64,000 bases of DNA, taken from positions 5,636-69,635 of the forward strand of contig CALVOW010000002.1 of the NCBI GenBank assembly GCA_944350445.1, read 5' to 3'. Under the pieces are notes generated by a model. That model did not search any database. It saw only the letters and a list, made by a program, of their open reading frames with translations, and had not been told where the DNA came from. Of this stretch, positions 61,298-64,000 are shown piece by piece (within the stretch, counting starts at the first letter, position 1; each line of letters starts with the position of its first letter). The position numbers and the translations under genes were made by a program. The stretch comes from an uncultured Bacilli bacterium. Lineage in GTDB: Bacteria; Bacillota_I; Bacilli_A; RF39; UBA660.

Positions 61298-62479
61298 ATG
61301 AAAATATTATCAGTCAATGCTGGTTCATCATCACTTAAATTTCAAATGTATGAGATGCCAGATGAAGAAGTATTAATTAGTGGCGTTTTTGAACGTATTG
61401 GTATGGAAGGGAGCTTTTATACAATAAAATTAAATGGTGAAAAAAAAGAAAAAAAAGTTGAATTACCTGATCATAAAAAAGCTTTTGAACTTTTAGTTTC
61501 TGAATTAATGGAAAATAAAATAGTCGATACCTTAGACGATATTGTGGGAATTGGTCATCGAATTGTTCAAGGTGGTTCTTATTTTGATCGAAGTGTTGTG
61601 GCAAGCGATGACGTTATTCAAAAAATTGATGAATTATCAAGTTTGGCTCCACTTCATAATCCAGCTGCAATTACGGGAATTAAAGCAGCACAAGCTGTTA
61701 TTCCTGAAGCTTTGCAAGCAGTTGTGTTTGATACAGCTTTTCATCAAACAATACCAGAAGAGAATTATTTATACGCTCTTCCATATGAATGGGAAAAGGA
61801 ATATAAGATTAGACGATATGGTGCTCATGGAACAAGCCATAAATATGTAAGTTTAAAAATGAATGAAATTTTGGATCGTCAAGATACCAAATTAATTACT
61901 TGTCATATTGGAAATGGAGCTAGTATTAGTGCTATTTTAAATGGTAAATGCATTAATACTTCGATGGGATTAACACCAAATGCTGGTCTTATTATGGGAA
62001 CTCGTTGTGGAGATATAGATGCAACTATTGTTCCTTATATGATGGATGTTTTAAAAATAAATTCTAAAGAGATGGATACAATTTTAAATAAAAAAAGTGG
62101 CTTACTTGGTATTAGTGGAATAAGTAGCGATTCAAGAGATATTGAAGCAGGAATTAAAGAAGGAAATAAAAGATGTGAATTAGCTGAGAAGATGTATGTA
62201 AGACGAATTGTTGATTACATAGCTAAATATTATGTTGAACTTGAAGGTTGCGATGCTATTGTTTTCACAGCCGGAGTTGGCGAGAATAGCGTTCCTATTC
62301 GTCGTAAAGTTGTTGAAGCTTTAAGTGTTTTAGGGGTTAAACTAGATGAAGAAAAAAATAATATTCGTGGCTCTATTCAAAAAATTTCAACTAGTGATTC
62401 TTCAATTAAGGTTTATGTAATACCAACTGATGAAGAATTAATGATTGCTCGTGATACGTTTGAATTAATAAATAGTTAG
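61298..62479 (+). CDS. ackA: Acetate kinase
   Basis: MKILSVNAGSSSLKFQ..., ...GHRIVQGG..., ...RRYGAHGTSH..., ...FTAGVGENS... Confidence 0.9.
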   Translation: MKILSVNAGSSSLKFQMYEMPDEEVLISGVFERIGMEGSFYTIKLNGEKKEKKVELPDHKKAFELLVSELMENKIVDTLDDIVGIGHRIVQGGSYFDRSVVASDDVIQKIDELSSLAPLHNPAAITGIKAAQAVIPEALQAVVFDTAFHQTIPEENYLYALPYEWEKEYKIRRYGAHGTSHKYVSLKMNEILDRQDTKLITCHIGNGASISAILNGKCINTSMGLTPNAGLIMGTRCGDIDATIVPYMMDVLKINSKEMDTILNKKSGLLGISGISSDSRDIEAGIKEGNKRCELAEKMYVRRIVDYIAKYYVELEGCDAIVFTAGVGENSVPIRRKVVEALSVLGVKLDEEKNNIRGSIQKISTSDSSIKVYVIPTDEELMIARDTFELINS

Positions 62480-62488
62480 GATGATTAT

Positions 62489-63451
62489 ATGTATAGTGAT
62501 ATTTATAAGTTAATATGTGAGTTTGATAAAATAATTTTAGCTCGTCATGTAGGAGTAGATCCTGATGCAATGGCAAGTGTTATGGCTTTAAAAGATAGTA
62601 TTCTTTTAACTTTTCCAGAAAAAAAAGTCTATGCTGTTGGAAGTGGAAGTAATCGTTTTTCGTATTTTGGAAAATTAGATAAAGTCGAGGATATGAAAGA
62701 TGCTTTATTGATTGTCTTAGACACACCAGATATTCGAAGAATTGATGGTGTAGTATTATCTGATTTTAAAAAGATTGTTAAAATTGATCATCATCCCTTT
62801 GTTGAAAAATTTGCAGATATTGAATATATTGATGATACGGCTAGTAGTGCTTCTGAGCTTGTTTTAGAATTCATTACCGAAACTCCTTTATTAATGAATA
62901 AAAATATTGCTTCAAAGATTTATCTTGGAATTGTTAGTGATACCAATCGCTTTATGTTTAATAATTCAACGGGAAAGACTTTTTTAAGTGTTGCAAGAAT
63001 GATTGATGAGTATCATTTAGAAATTGATTCTTTATATGAACCACTTTATTTGAGACCATTAAATGAAGTAAGATTGGAAGGTTTTATTGGATTAAATCTT
63101 TCAATAACCGAAAATGGAGTTGCTTATATCAAATTAACTAAGGAAATTTTAGAAAATTTTAAAGTTGATGCTGCTGCTCCTGGAAATATGATAAATAATT
63201 TTAATTATATTGATGAAGTTTTGATTTGGGCCTTTTTTACTGAAGATGTAAAAAATGAAAATATTCGGGTCTCTGTTCGTTCAAGGGGACCAGTTATCAA
63301 TACTTCACTTTCCAAATATAATGGTGGTGGACATAAATATGCTAGTGGGGCTCGTATTAAAACTATGGAAGATGTTGAAAAAGTTATAAAAGATTTGGAT
63401 GATTTATGTAAAAATTATGTGAAGAAAGGACGGGATAATTTTGAAAATTAG
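62489..63451 (+). CDS. nrnA: DHH/DHHA1 phosphoesterase (NrnA-type oligoribonuclease/pAp phosphatase)
   Basis: ARHVGVDPDAMAS, KIDHHP (DHH), GGGHKYASGA (DHHA1). Confidence 0.85.
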   Translation: MYSDIYKLICEFDKIILARHVGVDPDAMASVMALKDSILLTFPEKKVYAVGSGSNRFSYFGKLDKVEDMKDALLIVLDTPDIRRIDGVVLSDFKKIVKIDHHPFVEKFADIEYIDDTASSASELVLEFITETPLLMNKNIASKIYLGIVSDTNRFMFNNSTGKTFLSVARMIDEYHLEIDSLYEPLYLRPLNEVRLEGFIGLNLSITENGVAYIKLTKEILENFKVDAAAPGNMINNFNYIDEVLIWAFFTEDVKNENIRVSVRSRGPVINTSLSKYNGGGHKYASGARIKTMEDVEKVIKDLDDLCKNYVKKGRDNFEN

Positions 63452-64000
63452 TAGTGCTAAACTTGATATTATAGCTGTTAGGAGAAGTCAGTATCCTCAA
63501 GGTAATAAGCCAGAATTTTTACTTGTTGGTCGCAGTAATGTTGGAAAAAGTAGCTTTATTAATACGCTTTTAAATCAAAAAAATTTAGCTCGAATATCTT
63601 CACGTCCTGGAAAAACGCAAACTTTAAATTTTTATCTTGTAAACGACAATTTCTATTTAATTGATGTTCCTGGTTATGGATATGCTTCTGTAAATCATGA
63701 ACAGCAAAAGAAAATGGGATTAATGATAGAAGAATATTTAGAAAAAAGAGAAGAAATGAAACGTGTTTTTATGTTAGTAGATTTTCGAATGAAACCGACA
63801 GAAAATGATGTTTTGATGTATCAATTTTTAAAATATTATAATATTCCTGTAACCTTAGTTTTAACCAAGGCTGACAAGGTATCAACATCAAAAAAAGAAA
63901 GAAATTTAAAAGTTATTAAAGATACTATAAATTTAGCTGTTGGTGATGATTTAGTATTATTTTCAAGCGTTACGAAACAAGGAAAAGATGAAATTTTAAA
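63441..64000 (+). CDS. engB: Ribosome-biogenesis GTPase EngB/YsxC, 3' end outside window
   Basis: TTG start. GRSNVGKSSFIN (G1), DVPGYGYA (G3), TKADK (G4). The frame is open to the window edge. Confidence 0.85.
   Translation, partial: MKISSAKLDIIAVRRSQYPQGNKPEFLLVGRSNVGKSSFINTLLNQKNLARISSRPGKTQTLNFYLVNDNFYLIDVPGYGYASVNHEQQKKMGLMIEEYLEKREEMKRVFMLVDFRMKPTENDVLMYQFLKYYNIPVTLVLTKADKVSTSKKERNLKVIKDTINLAVGDDLVLFSSVTKQGKDEIL

Overview
This is a low-GC, Firmicutes-type chromosome segment from a spore-former (spoVS, two CotZ/CotY-like coat genes). Its tmRNA tag ends in LAFA.

Layout, left to right:
- 1-8630: housekeeping genes (repeat protein, cvpA, trxA, spoVS, cotZ-like x2, SDR, Zn-ADH, ssrA, an orphan pilin-like gene, nfo, an S1-domain protein), then an array of 12 tRNAs.
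- 8640-16450: a decayed integrative island next to tRNA-Pro. It carries a frameshifted integrase, a YhcG-like nuclease, an HTH protein, an 807-aa HExxH protein with a 232-aa partner, and a dead ISL3 copy.
- 16450-24330: core genes (purB, HTH regulators, tRNA-Trp, a Lys-rich membrane protein, ssb, an AdoMet-decarboxylase-like gene).
- 24313-61216: a siphovirus-type prophage of about 36.9 kb inserted in tRNA-Ser(GCU), bounded by a 17-bp direct repeat.
- 61298-64000: ackA, nrnA and the start of engB.

Main finding: the prophage encodes a 75-nt tRNA (40369-40443) that carries the identity elements of bacterial initiator tRNA (C1xA72, G2:C71, C3:G70, A73, A11:U24, as in the host initiator at 8196-8272) but has the anticodon CUU. 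In parallel, six late structural genes (terS, portal, major capsid, tail tube, tape measure, post-TMP tail protein) lack a usable canonical start codon. Each instead has a Shine-Dalgarno followed 8-11 nt later by an in-frame AAG. I propose a phage-encoded AAG-decoding initiator tRNA that gates translation of late genes. This rests on sequence reading only and needs experimental and computational testing.

Other observations:
- an ISL3 inverted-repeat palindrome next to ssrA
- CI/Cro operators
- a -1 frameshift site in the tail chaperone
- an (ATAC)8 microsatellite upstream of a second receptor-binding-like gene
- a tRNA-like minihelix
- cargo genes at both prophage arms
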